Position numbers and translations under genes: made by a program. A DNA stretch of 64,000 bases. Origin: an uncultured archaeon (lineage in GTDB: Archaea > Iainarchaeota > Iainarchaeia > Iainarchaeales > JAAZKV01). A model generated the notes under the pieces. That model was not told the DNA's origin, ran no database searches, and saw only the letters and a list, made by a program, of their open reading frames with translations. The stretch is from NCBI GenBank assembly GCA_964583285.1, contig CAZOVD010000001.1, forward strand, positions 22,558 through 86,557, written 5' to 3'. Shown piece by piece: positions 38,557 through 48,266 of the stretch. Position 1 is the first letter of the stretch, and each line of letters starts with the position of its first letter.

Positions 38557-39273
38557 TTATTTTAAGAATTTTTTTACATCATCGTTTGATATAAATCTAA
38601 ATCCTTTATTATCAATTAATGCAAATTCAACTCTTTCAAGAGAAATTTTTTCTTTTTCAGGCAAACTTTTATCAAGAACTTTATATGCAAGTTGTATTGC
38701 TTTATCAATGCTCATAGATTCTTTGTATTCTTTTTCAAGTAAGTTAAGTGCAATATCTTTATTTCTTCCAACAGCAACCGCACTATATTCTGCAAGCGCA
38801 CCACTTGGTTCTGTTTGAAATAAACCTGGTCCTTTTTCATCAAATCCACCAATAATAAAAGCTACCCCAAATGGTCTTAATCCACCATATTGTGTGAATG
38901 CTTGTTTTGTTTCAGCTATTTCTTTAGCCATAACTTCAACCTGGATAGGTTCTGAATAAACCATTTTGTTATCTTGAGCTTGTCTTCTTGAGATTCTTAC
39001 AAGTCGTCTTGCATCTCCAACAAGTCCAGCAGAAACAACCCCTATATTTTCATCAACTTTAAATATTTTCTCAATTGATTCTGGTTTTATTAATTTAGAA
39101 GGAACACTTTTATCAGCAGCAAGTAAAACACCATCTTTGAAAACTATTCCAACACCAGTTGTGCCTTGATCAACTATTTTTGATGCATATTCAACTTGAT
39201 AAAGTCTTCCGTCAGGAGAAAACATAGTGCTTGCTTTATCATAAGCTGGAGCTTTTGATTGCATTGGATACAT
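38557..39273 (-). CDS. psmA: Proteasome alpha subunit
   Basis: YDKASTMFSPDGRLYQVEYA, GLVGDAR, TQYGGLRPFGV, TEPSG. Confidence 0.97.
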   Translation of the reverse strand: MYPMQSKAPAYDKASTMFSPDGRLYQVEYASKIVDQGTTGVGIVFKDGVLLAADKSVPSKLIKPESIEKIFKVDENIGVVSAGLVGDARRLVRISRRQAQDNKMVYSEPIQVEVMAKEIAETKQAFTQYGGLRPFGVAFIIGGFDEKGPGLFQTEPSGALAEYSAVAVGRNKDIALNLLEKEYKESMSIDKAIQLAYKVLDKSLPEKEKISLERVEFALIDNKGFRFISNDDVKKFLK

Positions 39274-39358
39274 AAAAAATAACCTCTTTAAAAAATAACT
39301 TATAACAATATTATTCAACTATAAACGATTTATAAATGTTGCCAAAATGGGAAAATAA

Positions 39359-39718
39359 TTAAGAAAACTCTGCACTTTCTTTTATTTTTCTTATTGTCCC
39401 ACTAACTAAAACTGGCGAAAGTATTACTTTCTTATTCCTAATTTTTTTAATAAATGCTAGCCCTGCAATAAGCTCTGTTTCTTTACCACGTTTACATTTT
39501 AAAATTGCTTTATTGTTTTTGTATAAAACCATTCTTGGATTTATTTCAGCAAGACCCTTTGAACCAAAAAAAGAAAGTAGTTCAATCCAAAAACCAAAAT
39601 AAAAATCTTTTTCGCTAATATCAGCATTTAATATTTCAAGTAAAAAATATCTTTTTTTTTCTCTTTGAGAAAGAGGAATTGTTTTTTTCTTATTTTTTTC
39701 TATTTTAATAATACTCAT
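39359..39718 (-). CDS. rnp2: RNase P protein Pop5/Rpp14
   Basis: REKKRY, FFGSKG, VSGTIRK; superoperon position. Confidence 0.88.
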   Translation of the reverse strand: MSIIKIEKNKKKTIPLSQREKKRYFLLEILNADISEKDFYFGFWIELLSFFGSKGLAEINPRMVLYKNNKAILKCKRGKETELIAGLAFIKKIRNKKVILSPVLVSGTIRKIKESAEFS

Positions 39719-40266
39719 TCACACTCACCTGAATATTTTGTTGCAAGTTCATTTGAAAGTCCAAGTGTTTGTGCAAGAGCAATTCTTATTTTTGGGTGTT
39801 TTAAGTTAAGTGGGTCGCGACACCCAGAAGCAACAACAAATTTTGTTTTTTTCTTATTACAGTATCTAACAACTTCTAAATAATTTTTCCAAAATAAATG
39901 TCTTTCAAAACTATTTTTATCAAGAATTTCTTCAAACATTAAAACAACAATAGTATTATTTTCGCTTAACTTTTTTGCAAGACCTAAATCAAAAAATTGT
40001 TTTTCATTTGAAGGTTGTAGTAAAAAATTAGCCTTAACTCTAACTGCTAATTCATTAGCTTTAACTGATCCGCCAATAACTGCAATTTTTTTATTTTTTA
40101 ATTTATTAATGTCTGTTTTTTCATCAATTAAGTAACAAGGTATTTGACCAGCTTGTTTAACTTTTTTTTCTTGAACATCATTAGAAACTAAAACAATTAG
40201 TTTTTCTTTAAAATAAGTACCAACTTGTAACAACTCTTTTAGAGGTTGTGCGTAAACTATATCCAT
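39715..40266 (-). CDS. rnp3: RNase P protein Rpp30 (short)
   Basis: FDLGLAKK, FVVASG..PLNLK.P, LGL; between rpl15e and pop5. Confidence 0.75.
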   Translation of the reverse strand: MDIVYAQPLKELLQVGTYFKEKLIVLVSNDVQEKKVKQAGQIPCYLIDEKTDINKLKNKKIAVIGGSVKANELAVRVKANFLLQPSNEKQFFDLGLAKKLSENNTIVVLMFEEILDKNSFERHLFWKNYLEVVRYCNKKKTKFVVASGCRDPLNLKHPKIRIALAQTLGLSNELATKYSGECE

Positions 40267-40317
40267 ATTATCACTTAAAACAAAACCTTTGGCTTTGTTA
40301 AATAAAAATAAACAAAA

Positions 40318-40932
40318 TTATTTACTTCTATTATTTTTATATCTAATATCTTTTTTTCTTTTTCTTTTTATACTATTCTTTTTATTTTCAATTTTATTTA
40401 CTTTTCCTGAAAATGTCTTTCCTCTTTCAGCTCTTCCTTGTTGACCAACAGTTAGGAAAGATAATTCTTTATCATTTTCAATAGTAACTGCAACTCTATC
40501 TGCCATTATTACTTCAAAATAGTGAGTTCTTCCATCTTCAGCTATTTTATAAGAACCAATTACTTCAGCATTTTCATATTTTTTTGAAGCTCTTTCTTCA
40601 GCAATAGCTTTTATACTTTTTTTTCTAGTTAATTTAGCTTGACCTTGTCTTTTTGGTCTTCTTTTATTTTTTGGTCTTGAATAAGTCCCATGCCCTTTTC
40701 TAACTTTAACTCTTAAAACAAAAATTCCTTGTTTTGCTTTATATCCAACTTGTCTAGCTGAAATTAAATTAGATGGTTTTTCTACTCTAACAACACTTTC
40801 TTTTGTTTGTCTAAATTCAAGTTCTTTATTTTTCATTAATGCGTTATAATCGTAATTTTTATCCTTTTCTGATTTCCACTCACTTTTGAATATTTTTGAA
40901 AGATATTTATTAAGTCCCACTTTGCTCACCAT
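40318..40932 (-). CDS. rpl15e: Ribosomal protein L15e
   Basis: RVEKP..ARQVGYKAKQG, RRPKRQG, AEERA, EVIGSY, YFEVIM. Confidence 0.95.
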   Translation of the reverse strand: MVSKVGLNKYLSKIFKSEWKSEKDKNYDYNALMKNKELEFRQTKESVVRVEKPSNLISARQVGYKAKQGIFVLRVKVRKGHGTYSRPKNKRRPKRQGQAKLTRKKSIKAIAEERASKKYENAEVIGSYKIAEDGRTHYFEVIMADRVAVTIENDKELSFLTVGQQGRAERGKTFSGKVNKIENKKNSIKRKRKKDIRYKNNRSK

Positions 40933-40997
40933 TTATAAAATAAAGAAATATTCTCTATAATAAAATAAATTTCATAAAAAAGCATTTATAAAACTAA

Positions 40998-41186
40998 CTA
41001 TTTATCTCTGCCAAATAAACCATGTGCTTTTAACATTCTGCCTGTAACTGGGCCATTTGATGCTTTAATTGCTCTTCTAACAAACCAACTAGCAATATTT
41101 GCGTGTAGTCTTTTATTTGGTAAAACTGGCGTAGCTGTGTGTTTTTTTGCATTTTTTAAAAACTCATTTCTTGAAATTTTAGGCAT
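40998..41186 (-). CDS. Small basic hypothetical protein, 62 aa
   Basis: ORF fills the gap between rpl15e and the divergent gene. Confidence 0.5.
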   Translation of the reverse strand: MPKISRNEFLKNAKKHTATPVLPNKRLHANIASWFVRRAIKASNGPVTGRMLKAHGLFGRDK

Positions 41187-41245
41187 AATATCAATAAATA
41201 TTGTTAAAGTTTATCTATTTAAATATAACTAAATCAAGAATGTTA

Positions 41246-42319
41246 ATGGGCTTGGCTTTAAATCAACAAGAAGAAGCAAATACAGAAAAAAAAGTAAGTA
41301 TTTGTGATAAATGTTCTAAAAAATCAGTAATTAACTTAGCTTATGGCCCACATAAATTTTGTCAAACGCATTTTAACAAATTTTTTGAAAATAGATTCAA
41401 AAAAACAATTAGAAAATATAAACTGTTAAATTCTAAAGAAAAAATACTAGTTGCATTAAGTGGTGGAAAAGATTCTGTGGTATTATTACATTTATTAAAT
41501 AAATTTTATAAAAAAAGTAATACTATTTTAGCATTGATAATTGATGAAGGTGTTAAAGGATATAGAGATAAATCAGTAAAAGTTGCAATTGATAATTGTA
41601 AATTATTTAATATTGAATATAAAGTAGTTTCTTTTGAAAAAGAATTTTCAGTAACAAATGACCAAATAATGCCTTTAATTTTAAATAATAATAAACTTGG
41701 TGGAACTTGCGCATTTTGCGGAACCATGCGAAGAAATTTAATGAATAAATATGCAAAAGAACTTAAAGCAGATAAACTTGCAACAGGACATAATCTTGAT
41801 GATGAAGTTCAAAGTTTTGTAATGAATGTTTTTAATAATGATTTTACTAGACTAAAAAGAACTGGCGCTAAGGCTGGTGTTATAGAATATGATGGTTTTG
41901 TTAAAAGAATAAAACCACTTTATGAAACTCCTGAAAAAGAAATAATTGCATATTGTGCATTTAATGATATTAAACATTATTCACAACAATGTTGCCCATA
42001 TAGTTGGACTGCTAAGCGAAATGAATTTCGTGAAATGTTAAATAATTTTGAGAATAGATTTCCTGGAACACAGTTTTCAATTATGCGGTTTAATGAAAAA
42101 TTAAAAAATAATATTTTGCCTAGCGAAGAACAAAAAATAGAAATGAAATCAAAAATGAGAAAATGTGAAAAATGTGGTGAACCAACTGATAAGTTAATTT
42201 GTAAAACTTGTGAAATGATAAATACTTTAAAAAATGAAAAAAAAAGTCAAAATAAAAAAGAAAGAAATTTATCAAAATATAATTCTGCACTAACTTGCCA
42301 CTCTACAAAATACAGTTAG
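41246..42319 (+). CDS. tRNA 2-thiolation protein, TtuA/Ctu1 (TtcA family)
   Basis: N-terminal CxxC...C..H, PP-loop SGGKDS, CAFCG..RR, ATGHNLDD, RIKPL, CPY, C-terminal Zn finger. Confidence 0.92.
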   Translation: MGLALNQQEEANTEKKVSICDKCSKKSVINLAYGPHKFCQTHFNKFFENRFKKTIRKYKLLNSKEKILVALSGGKDSVVLLHLLNKFYKKSNTILALIIDEGVKGYRDKSVKVAIDNCKLFNIEYKVVSFEKEFSVTNDQIMPLILNNNKLGGTCAFCGTMRRNLMNKYAKELKADKLATGHNLDDEVQSFVMNVFNNDFTRLKRTGAKAGVIEYDGFVKRIKPLYETPEKEIIAYCAFNDIKHYSQQCCPYSWTAKRNEFREMLNNFENRFPGTQFSIMRFNEKLKNNILPSEEQKIEMKSKMRKCEKCGEPTDKLICKTCEMINTLKNEKKSQNKKERNLSKYNSALTCHSTKYS

Positions 42320-43909
42320 TTATTTTTTAGCTTTCTTTTTAACATCATCAATTGCTAATATTTTTTCAAGTTTTGATGTAAATGTTTTTTCAAAATTAGT
42401 TAGCTCTTCAAGCTTTGCATCAATTGCAAGTGTTTTTTCATCAAGTTCTCTTTGAACATCAGAATTTTTTATATTTATTTGTTCAATAGCATCATTTAAT
42501 CTTTTAATATTTTCTTCCATACTCCTTAAAAATTCTTTTTTAAATTGATCAAGAAGTGAAATTTTTGTTTGAATTTCTTCAACATTAATATTTTTTTCCA
42601 TAGCACTTAAATTGTTTAATTTTACTTCAAGTTCATCAATTAAACTTTCTACTTTTGAAAGAGTCATTCTTTCTATTTTTTGTTCGGCTTCTTCAACTAA
42701 ACCTTCTGCAATATTTTTTTCAAGTTCTAAAGTTTTATTTATTCTCTCATCCATTTCCTTTATTTGTTCACTTGATTTATCAATAAATTCTTGTGCTTTT
42801 GATTTGCTTTTAATAAGTTCTGAATTCATTTCTATAATTAATTGAGATTTTGTTTTTTTTGCATCATCAAGAGTAGTTTTTATTTCAGCAAGGACTTTTT
42901 GTTGTTCATCTTTTGATTTTTGCATTATTTCAACATATTCTGATAAATCTTTTGCTTGTTTTTTAATTTCTAATATCTTTGAATCAATAATAAACGATAT
43001 TTCTTTTTGCTTTTGAGCAAGGGCTTCTTTATTACTTGAAACAATTAACTCTTTTTGAGATTCTAAAAGAACTTTGAATTGTTTTGTTTCTTTTTTAACT
43101 GCATCATTAACCTTATTTTCAACTAAAGAATCAATATCTTCTTTTAGTTTTTTCATTTCATTTAATTTAGAATTAATTGCAACAACAATTCCTTTTTTCC
43201 ACATTTGTTCTAAATCAGAATCAGAAACTTGTTTTTTTTCAAAATTATTACTAAAAGCGTTAATGTTAGCAATTGGCTTTTTTTCAACAGTAGAAAAATC
43301 TTTTGAATTGTCAACATTTCTACTTTTTTCAAGTTCTCTTAATTCTTTTTCAAGTTCTTTTTTAAAATCAAGAGAAGTTTTTTGACTATCATCTTTTTCT
43401 TTTTCCAAATTATCTTTTTCTTTACTTTCTTTTTCTTCAATATTTATTTTATTTTCACCTAACTTATTTTCATTTAAGTTATTTATAGAATTGTTAGAAT
43501 TATCTTTTTTTCCAATTAATTTTCCAAGTCTTTTTTCAATTTCACTATTACTAGCACCAGTAAATTTTTTTGAATCATCATTTAATTTCTCTTCATCTTC
43601 AAAATCTATTTCTTCAGCAGTTGGTTTTGAATCTTCGTCTTGTTCTATTTTTTTATTATCATCAGGAACTATTTTTGCTTGACTAAGTATTTGTTCATTA
43701 AAGCTAAGTCCGTCTGAATCATCAACTTCAACTTTTTTCTTTTCACTAACTTGATTTTCGCTAGATTTTGCAAGCTTAATTAAATCTTTTGCATCAATTT
43801 CTTTAATTCCAACTTCTTTTAAATTTTCTATTATTTCAGAATCCGTCACACCAAGAGTAATTAATTTTCTAATTGAATCTACTACTTCATTTTGTTTACT
43901 TGATGTCAT
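42320..43909 (-). CDS. Long coiled-coil protein
   Basis: Small N-terminal helical domain, acidic linker, ~300-aa heptad-rich C-terminal part; ATG at 43909 preferred. Confidence 0.7.
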   Translation of the reverse strand: MTSSKQNEVVDSIRKLITLGVTDSEIIENLKEVGIKEIDAKDLIKLAKSSENQVSEKKKVEVDDSDGLSFNEQILSQAKIVPDDNKKIEQDEDSKPTAEEIDFEDEEKLNDDSKKFTGASNSEIEKRLGKLIGKKDNSNNSINNLNENKLGENKINIEEKESKEKDNLEKEKDDSQKTSLDFKKELEKELRELEKSRNVDNSKDFSTVEKKPIANINAFSNNFEKKQVSDSDLEQMWKKGIVVAINSKLNEMKKLKEDIDSLVENKVNDAVKKETKQFKVLLESQKELIVSSNKEALAQKQKEISFIIDSKILEIKKQAKDLSEYVEIMQKSKDEQQKVLAEIKTTLDDAKKTKSQLIIEMNSELIKSKSKAQEFIDKSSEQIKEMDERINKTLELEKNIAEGLVEEAEQKIERMTLSKVESLIDELEVKLNNLSAMEKNINVEEIQTKISLLDQFKKEFLRSMEENIKRLNDAIEQINIKNSDVQRELDEKTLAIDAKLEELTNFEKTFTSKLEKILAIDDVKKKAKK

Positions 43910-43959
43910 AATACCAATATAGAAATAACATTTGTATAATAAAAATGTTTTTAAAGTCA

Positions 43960-44178
43960 CTAAGGAGAGACAAGTATTACGCTATCGCCTCTAACTAAAA
44001 CTTTTCCATAATTTGTTTTCATTTCTCCGTTTTCTATTTGAGAAGCATTTTCTAAATTTAAATTCATATGAATATCAAATGCTTTTAATTTTCCTCTTAT
44101 TTGTTTATCTCCTTTTAAAACTACTAATATTTCTTTGTTTAATGCGTCATTTAACAAATCAAATGGTCTATTGCTCAT
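43960..44178 (-). CDS. Sm-like archaeal protein (Lsm/SmAP)
   Basis: RPFDLL, GKLKAFDIHMNL, VRGDSV..SP. Confidence 0.95.
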   Translation of the reverse strand: MSNRPFDLLNDALNKEILVVLKGDKQIRGKLKAFDIHMNLNLENASQIENGEMKTNYGKVLVRGDSVILVSP

Positions 44179-44187
44179 AAAAACACC

Positions 44188-44970
44188 TCACTTTCTTTTG
44201 AACTTTGACAATATTCTTTGTAAGAACCCTAATTTTTTTTCTTTATTTTCAACTACTTTAAGTCCAGTTAATCTTGAAGCAATTTTTTGAAATTCTTTTG
44301 CTGCTTCACTATCAGGTTTTCTTATTGAAACTGGATAAACTTTTTGTTGCATAAAAGTTTTTCTAACTTCGCCATCAAATGGAACTGCACCATAAATTGG
44401 AAGTTCTAAAATACTTGATATTTCTTGTTTGCTTATTTCTCCTTTTTCATTCATTATAAAATTAACAACAACTCCAATAACTTTTGATCTTAGTCTTTGA
44501 GCCACAATTTTTGTTTTTAATGCATCAGCAATTGCTGGTGAAGTTGGCATTGTAACAATAAGAGTTTCTTGCGCTGAACTAAGAGCACTTAAAACATTTT
44601 TTTCAATACCTGCCGCAGCATCAAGTAAAATAAAATCATAACTATCTTCAAGTTGTTCAACTATTGAAATTAATCGTTCGCTATCAACTCTTTTATAATT
44701 ATCTAAACTTAGTCCTGATGGAATAAAATGAAGTCCTTCTGGACCATCATAAATAGCATCATGAACTTGAGCTTCACCTAAAAGAACATCATGAAGTGTT
44801 ATTGGAGAAGATTGCATTCCTAAAATTAAAGATAAATTTGCCATTGCAACATCAGCATCAATTAAAAGAACTTTTTTTCCAAGTCTTGATAAACAAATTC
44901 CAAGATTTGCAGTAAGTGTGGTTTTACCAGTGCCGCCTTTTCCAGATGCAATTGCAATTACTCTAGCCAT
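44188..44970 (-). CDS. minD: MinD-family ATPase
   Basis: SGKGGTGKTT, DADVAMANL, DAAAG, C-terminal amphipathic helix GFLQRILSKF. Confidence 0.92.
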   Translation of the reverse strand: MARVIAIASGKGGTGKTTLTANLGICLSRLGKKVLLIDADVAMANLSLILGMQSSPITLHDVLLGEAQVHDAIYDGPEGLHFIPSGLSLDNYKRVDSERLISIVEQLEDSYDFILLDAAAGIEKNVLSALSSAQETLIVTMPTSPAIADALKTKIVAQRLRSKVIGVVVNFIMNEKGEISKQEISSILELPIYGAVPFDGEVRKTFMQQKVYPVSIRKPDSEAAKEFQKIASRLTGLKVVENKEKKLGFLQRILSKFKRK

Positions 44971-45446
44971 TATTCTTTCACCGATTCAAATTCTTTTTTT
45001 AAAATATTTTTATTTTCATCAAGAAGTGCACTTAATTCAAATGCAAGCGCTCTTAATTCTAAATTGGATAATTCACTACCAGCTCTAACAATAAAAACTT
45101 TTTTATTTAAATTAAAAAGCATAAACCAACCATCTTCTTTTTTTATCAAAACTGTTTCTGTTTGCGGTAATTCGCTTTTAATGTATGAAAGCATTGCAGT
45201 ACCAATCATACCGTCATTATGTTCACTTGAATCACTTGAAACTATTACACTACCATCAAAATTTGTAACAACAAAAGAGTCAACTAAATGTTTTCTTTTT
45301 AATATTTCTAAATTTTTTCCAAAATCTTTTGAAAATATATAATTGTGTTTTGACAAAAAATCTCTTAAAAACTCAACTTGATAATTTGACTTTGAATTAT
45401 CAACTTCTTTTTTCTTAAAAAATCTTGAAAATAAATTTGATACCAT
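44970..45446 (-). CDS. Hypothetical protein, roadblock/profilin-like fold possible
   Basis: VDSFVVTNFDGSVIVSS..; N-terminal amphipathic LFSRFFKK. Confidence 0.55.
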   Translation of the reverse strand: MVSNLFSRFFKKKEVDNSKSNYQVEFLRDFLSKHNYIFSKDFGKNLEILKRKHLVDSFVVTNFDGSVIVSSDSSEHNDGMIGTAMLSYIKSELPQTETVLIKKEDGWFMLFNLNKKVFIVRAGSELSNLELRALAFELSALLDENKNILKKEFESVKE

Positions 45447-45465
45447 TTAAATCACTTAAATATAA

Positions 45466-45921
45466 TTAATTTTTTAAAACACCTAAACCAAACCTGTCTA
45501 AAAAATCATTTTTTTCATTTTGAACTAAAAATTTAGCTTCAAAACTATCAGGAATTAGCTTTGCAAGGTCTTTTAAAGATATTTTGTTTGAAAGTAAAAT
45601 TTTTTCATCAAAAGCAGTTATTAAATCAACTTGACTTTTTGTTAGTTCTACTGCTTGAAAAAATCCTTCACCTTTTGTTTGATTAAAAAAATAATTTAAA
45701 GCATCATTTGACTTAAAAGTTTGCTTTAGAGTAAGACATTCAACAACACAGGCAATCATTTCACCATTTCTAAAAAAAATAACTCCTTCTTCAATACAAT
45801 TCCCCTTAACTGTTTGAATAATATAACCATTAAATTGACGATTATTAAATTCTTGAGCAATAACTAAAAAATTTATTGGCAAAGGAGCTTTTGAAATAAC
45901 TGTGCCTACTGGAAAATTCAT
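45466..45921 (-). CDS. DUF2226-like protein
   Basis: MNFPVG, FNGYI, EEGVIFFRNGEMIA, C-terminal L..FGL. Confidence 0.65.
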   Translation of the reverse strand: MNFPVGTVISKAPLPINFLVIAQEFNNRQFNGYIIQTVKGNCIEEGVIFFRNGEMIACVVECLTLKQTFKSNDALNYFFNQTKGEGFFQAVELTKSQVDLITAFDEKILLSNKISLKDLAKLIPDSFEAKFLVQNEKNDFLDRFGLGVLKN

Positions 45922-46382
45922 CAAACCACTTTTTTTCCTTTTAAAAATATAACTTTATCAGCAGTATTTTTTAATGCTGAAGCACTCATTTCTTCAGCCA
46001 TTATTGCAATAGTTTCTTTTCCCCTATTTTTTGCTTTTATTAATGCTGGTAAAAAATCACTATCTCTTGTTGCAAATACTATTGTATCTATTTCTTCATT
46101 AAAAACTGTTTCTGTCGCATCGCACGCCATTGCAACATCAACATCAGTAGTAGTTATTATTGGTTCAAATCCTTGATTTACTACTGCTTCTACTAATTTA
46201 TTTGAAGCAAATTGATTTAGATAAACTCTGCCTATTTTAATAGAGCCATGTTTAACTGCCTCTTTTTTTATCATTTCAAGGTCAATACCAAACTCTTTTC
46301 TAAGCAAATTTGGTCCATCTACAAAAACAGCCATTTTTTTCTCACCATTTCCAAAAAGCTGTTTTAATTTACTTCGCAACAT
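45921..46382 (-). CDS. NYN-domain protein (TIGR00288-like)
   Basis: FVDGPNLLRKEF, DVDVAMA, TRDSDFLP, SALKNTAD. Confidence 0.9.
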   Translation of the reverse strand: MLRSKLKQLFGNGEKKMAVFVDGPNLLRKEFGIDLEMIKKEAVKHGSIKIGRVYLNQFASNKLVEAVVNQGFEPIITTTDVDVAMACDATETVFNEEIDTIVFATRDSDFLPALIKAKNRGKETIAIMAEEMSASALKNTADKVIFLKGKKVV

Positions 46383-46557
46383 AAAATCACTACTAAATAT
46401 TGTATAAATATAATCTTAAATATAATACTAATTACATTTATATTATATAAAATCTTTGAATAAAAGGCTTTAAAACAGTTTTTTTTATATATGATTAGTT
46501 TTATAAATTAAATTTAATTTATAATATCTAACAAAAAATATGAGGAATGTGAAATAT

Positions 46558-46944
46558 ATGGTTGATGAAAAAAAATTTGTAAATGCAGGAACACTAAAAC
46601 CTGGTAATTATGTACTTATTGATGATGAGGTTTGCCAAGTTAAAAGTACTGAAAAATCAAAACCAGGAAAACACGGTGCAGCAAAGGTTAGAATAGTAGC
46701 ATTCAATATTTTTAATGGACAAAAAAAAGGACTTCTAAAAGGAACTGATAGTGAAGTAGATCAACCAATAATAGTTAAGAAAAACGGGCAAGTAGTTGCA
46801 GTTATTGGAGAAGTTGTTCAATTAATGGACATGGAAAACTATGAAACAAAAGATGCTCCAAAACCAGAATTCCCTTTAGCTTCAGGTGATGAAGTTGAAT
46901 ATCAACAATGGGGAACTAACGTTAAAATTAATAGAAAGAAATAG
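46558..46944 (+). CDS. eif5a: Translation factor aIF5A
   Basis: Hypusine loop SKPGKHGAAK, QLMDMENYET. Confidence 0.96.
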   Translation: MVDEKKFVNAGTLKPGNYVLIDDEVCQVKSTEKSKPGKHGAAKVRIVAFNIFNGQKKGLLKGTDSEVDQPIIVKKNGQVVAVIGEVVQLMDMENYETKDAPKPEFPLASGDEVEYQQWGTNVKINRKK

Positions 46945-46975
46945 TTTTGTAACTATTTCTTTTTTTCTATTTTTT
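46935..46975 (+). terminator. 12-bp hairpin plus U-tract after eif5a
   Basis: AAAGAAATAGTT-TTGT-AACTATTTCTTT (46935-46962) then T-rich run. Confidence 0.6.
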
Positions 46976-47049
46976 AAAAATATTTTTTAATCTAAAAAAG
47001 TAAAAATATATATTACTAAATATAAATAATATAAATAAGAGTTGACTAA

Positions 47050-47358
47050 ATGGAGCTAAAAGATTTTGTTGGAAAGCCTTGTACAACAAAAGTAAGTTAT
47101 GAATTTTTTTCTAAAAAAAAAGTTGACATTAATTTAGATATTGCTAGTGAAGAAATTTTAGAAATTGGAGAAGTAGAAGTTGCTTCAAAAGTTTTACTTA
47201 TTTCAAAGATTGATAACAAAACTGTTTCTATTTTTAAAAATGGAAAAATCGTTGTTCGTGGAGAAAAAGATGAAATAAAAGCTAGAGAAACTGCAACAAA
47301 GATTTGTAAAGTTTTAGATAAAAGTGTTACTGAAAAGAAAGGTTTATTTGGACTTTGA
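47050..47358 (+). CDS. Hypothetical protein (TBP-like/MoeB C-terminal-like fold possible)
   Basis: KPCT.., VSIFKNGKIVVRG..EIKARE. Confidence 0.6.
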   Translation: MELKDFVGKPCTTKVSYEFFSKKKVDINLDIASEEILEIGEVEVASKVLLISKIDNKTVSIFKNGKIVVRGEKDEIKARETATKICKVLDKSVTEKKGLFGL

Positions 47359-47390
47359 ATTTAATTATTATAAAAATATAATTGATTATT

Positions 47391-47795
47391 ATGAGTGGAG
47401 AAAAAGATTGTTTGTTTTGCAAATTTGTTAGAAAAGAAATTCCTTGTGAAATAATTTATGAAGATGAAAATTACTTAGCTCTTTTAGATATTAATCCAAT
47501 GCACCCTGGCCACACTTTAGTTATTCCAAAAAAACATTCGGATTATATTTTTGATTTGAATGATAATGAATTATCAAAGTTATTTATTACTTGCAAAAAA
47601 ATTAGCAAAATTCTAAAAGAAGCAATTAATACTGAAAAAGTAGGAATTGTAGTCGAAGGTTTTTTAGTAAGACATACGCACATTCATTTAGTTCCAATAA
47701 ATAAAGGGATGGCTCTTGACCCAAAACTACAAAAAGGGGCTACTCAAGAAGAACTTGAAGTTGTAACTAAAAAAATAAAAGGTGTGATTAAATGA
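47391..47795 (+). CDS. HIT-family nucleotide hydrolase
   Basis: CLFCK, LDINP..PGHTLVIPKKH, HTHIHLVP. Confidence 0.95.
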   Translation: MSGEKDCLFCKFVRKEIPCEIIYEDENYLALLDINPMHPGHTLVIPKKHSDYIFDLNDNELSKLFITCKKISKILKEAINTEKVGIVVEGFLVRHTHIHLVPINKGMALDPKLQKGATQEELEVVTKKIKGVIK

Positions 47796-47941
47796 GACCA
47801 AAAATAAAAAAAAATATTCCATTAATTAGAGCAGTTAGTAAAAATCAAAAAGGAACTGGCGAGGGAAATGCCTATCGTACAAGTCTTGCAAGATATATTA
47901 AAAGAAAAAGAAAAGAACTTATTAACAAAAAAACAAAATAA
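47792..47941 (+). CDS. Small basic hypothetical protein, 49 aa (MRPKIKKNIP...INKKTK)
   Basis: Manual translation; GGTGTGA RBS and ATGA overlap with the HIT gene. Confidence 0.55.
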   Translation: MRPKIKKNIPLIRAVSKNQKGTGEGNAYRTSLARYIKRKRKELINKKTK

Positions 47942-47973
47942 AGTCAAAATTTTAGAACATTTTTTTAGTCTAG

Positions 47974-47996
47974 AAAAACACACTTTTTCTAGGACA
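47974..47996 (+). repeat. Copy of motif AAACACAC-N5-CTAGGACA upstream of mcm
   Basis: 21/23 identical to the reverse complement of 32823-32845; 16/16 arm identity with 32725-32745. Confidence 0.65.
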
Positions 47997-48266
47997 ATTT
48001 TAGTTTGAAAATCCTTTTAAAAAAGTAAAAACTGCTTCACAATCCAAACTATAAAAGTATTAATTGTAAGTAACCCTACTACTATAAAGAAATTAAATTT
48101 CTAAATTTTCCCAACACACAAGAACTTGAAAAAGTAATATAATGCCACTATTGTGCATTTAAAAAACGCACATAAGTCAATCGCATAATCATGACGAAGT
48201 AGGACCGGCAAAAAACCCTAAAAGGGCTTATAAATAAAAGAAAATAACAATACTTGAGTGATAAAA

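Noticed and set aside
47942..48257. Canonical oriC with ORB boxes upstream of mcm
   Set aside because: No GTTCCAGTGGAAAC-like ORB or G-string and no cdc6 in the window; only the unknown motif reported above.
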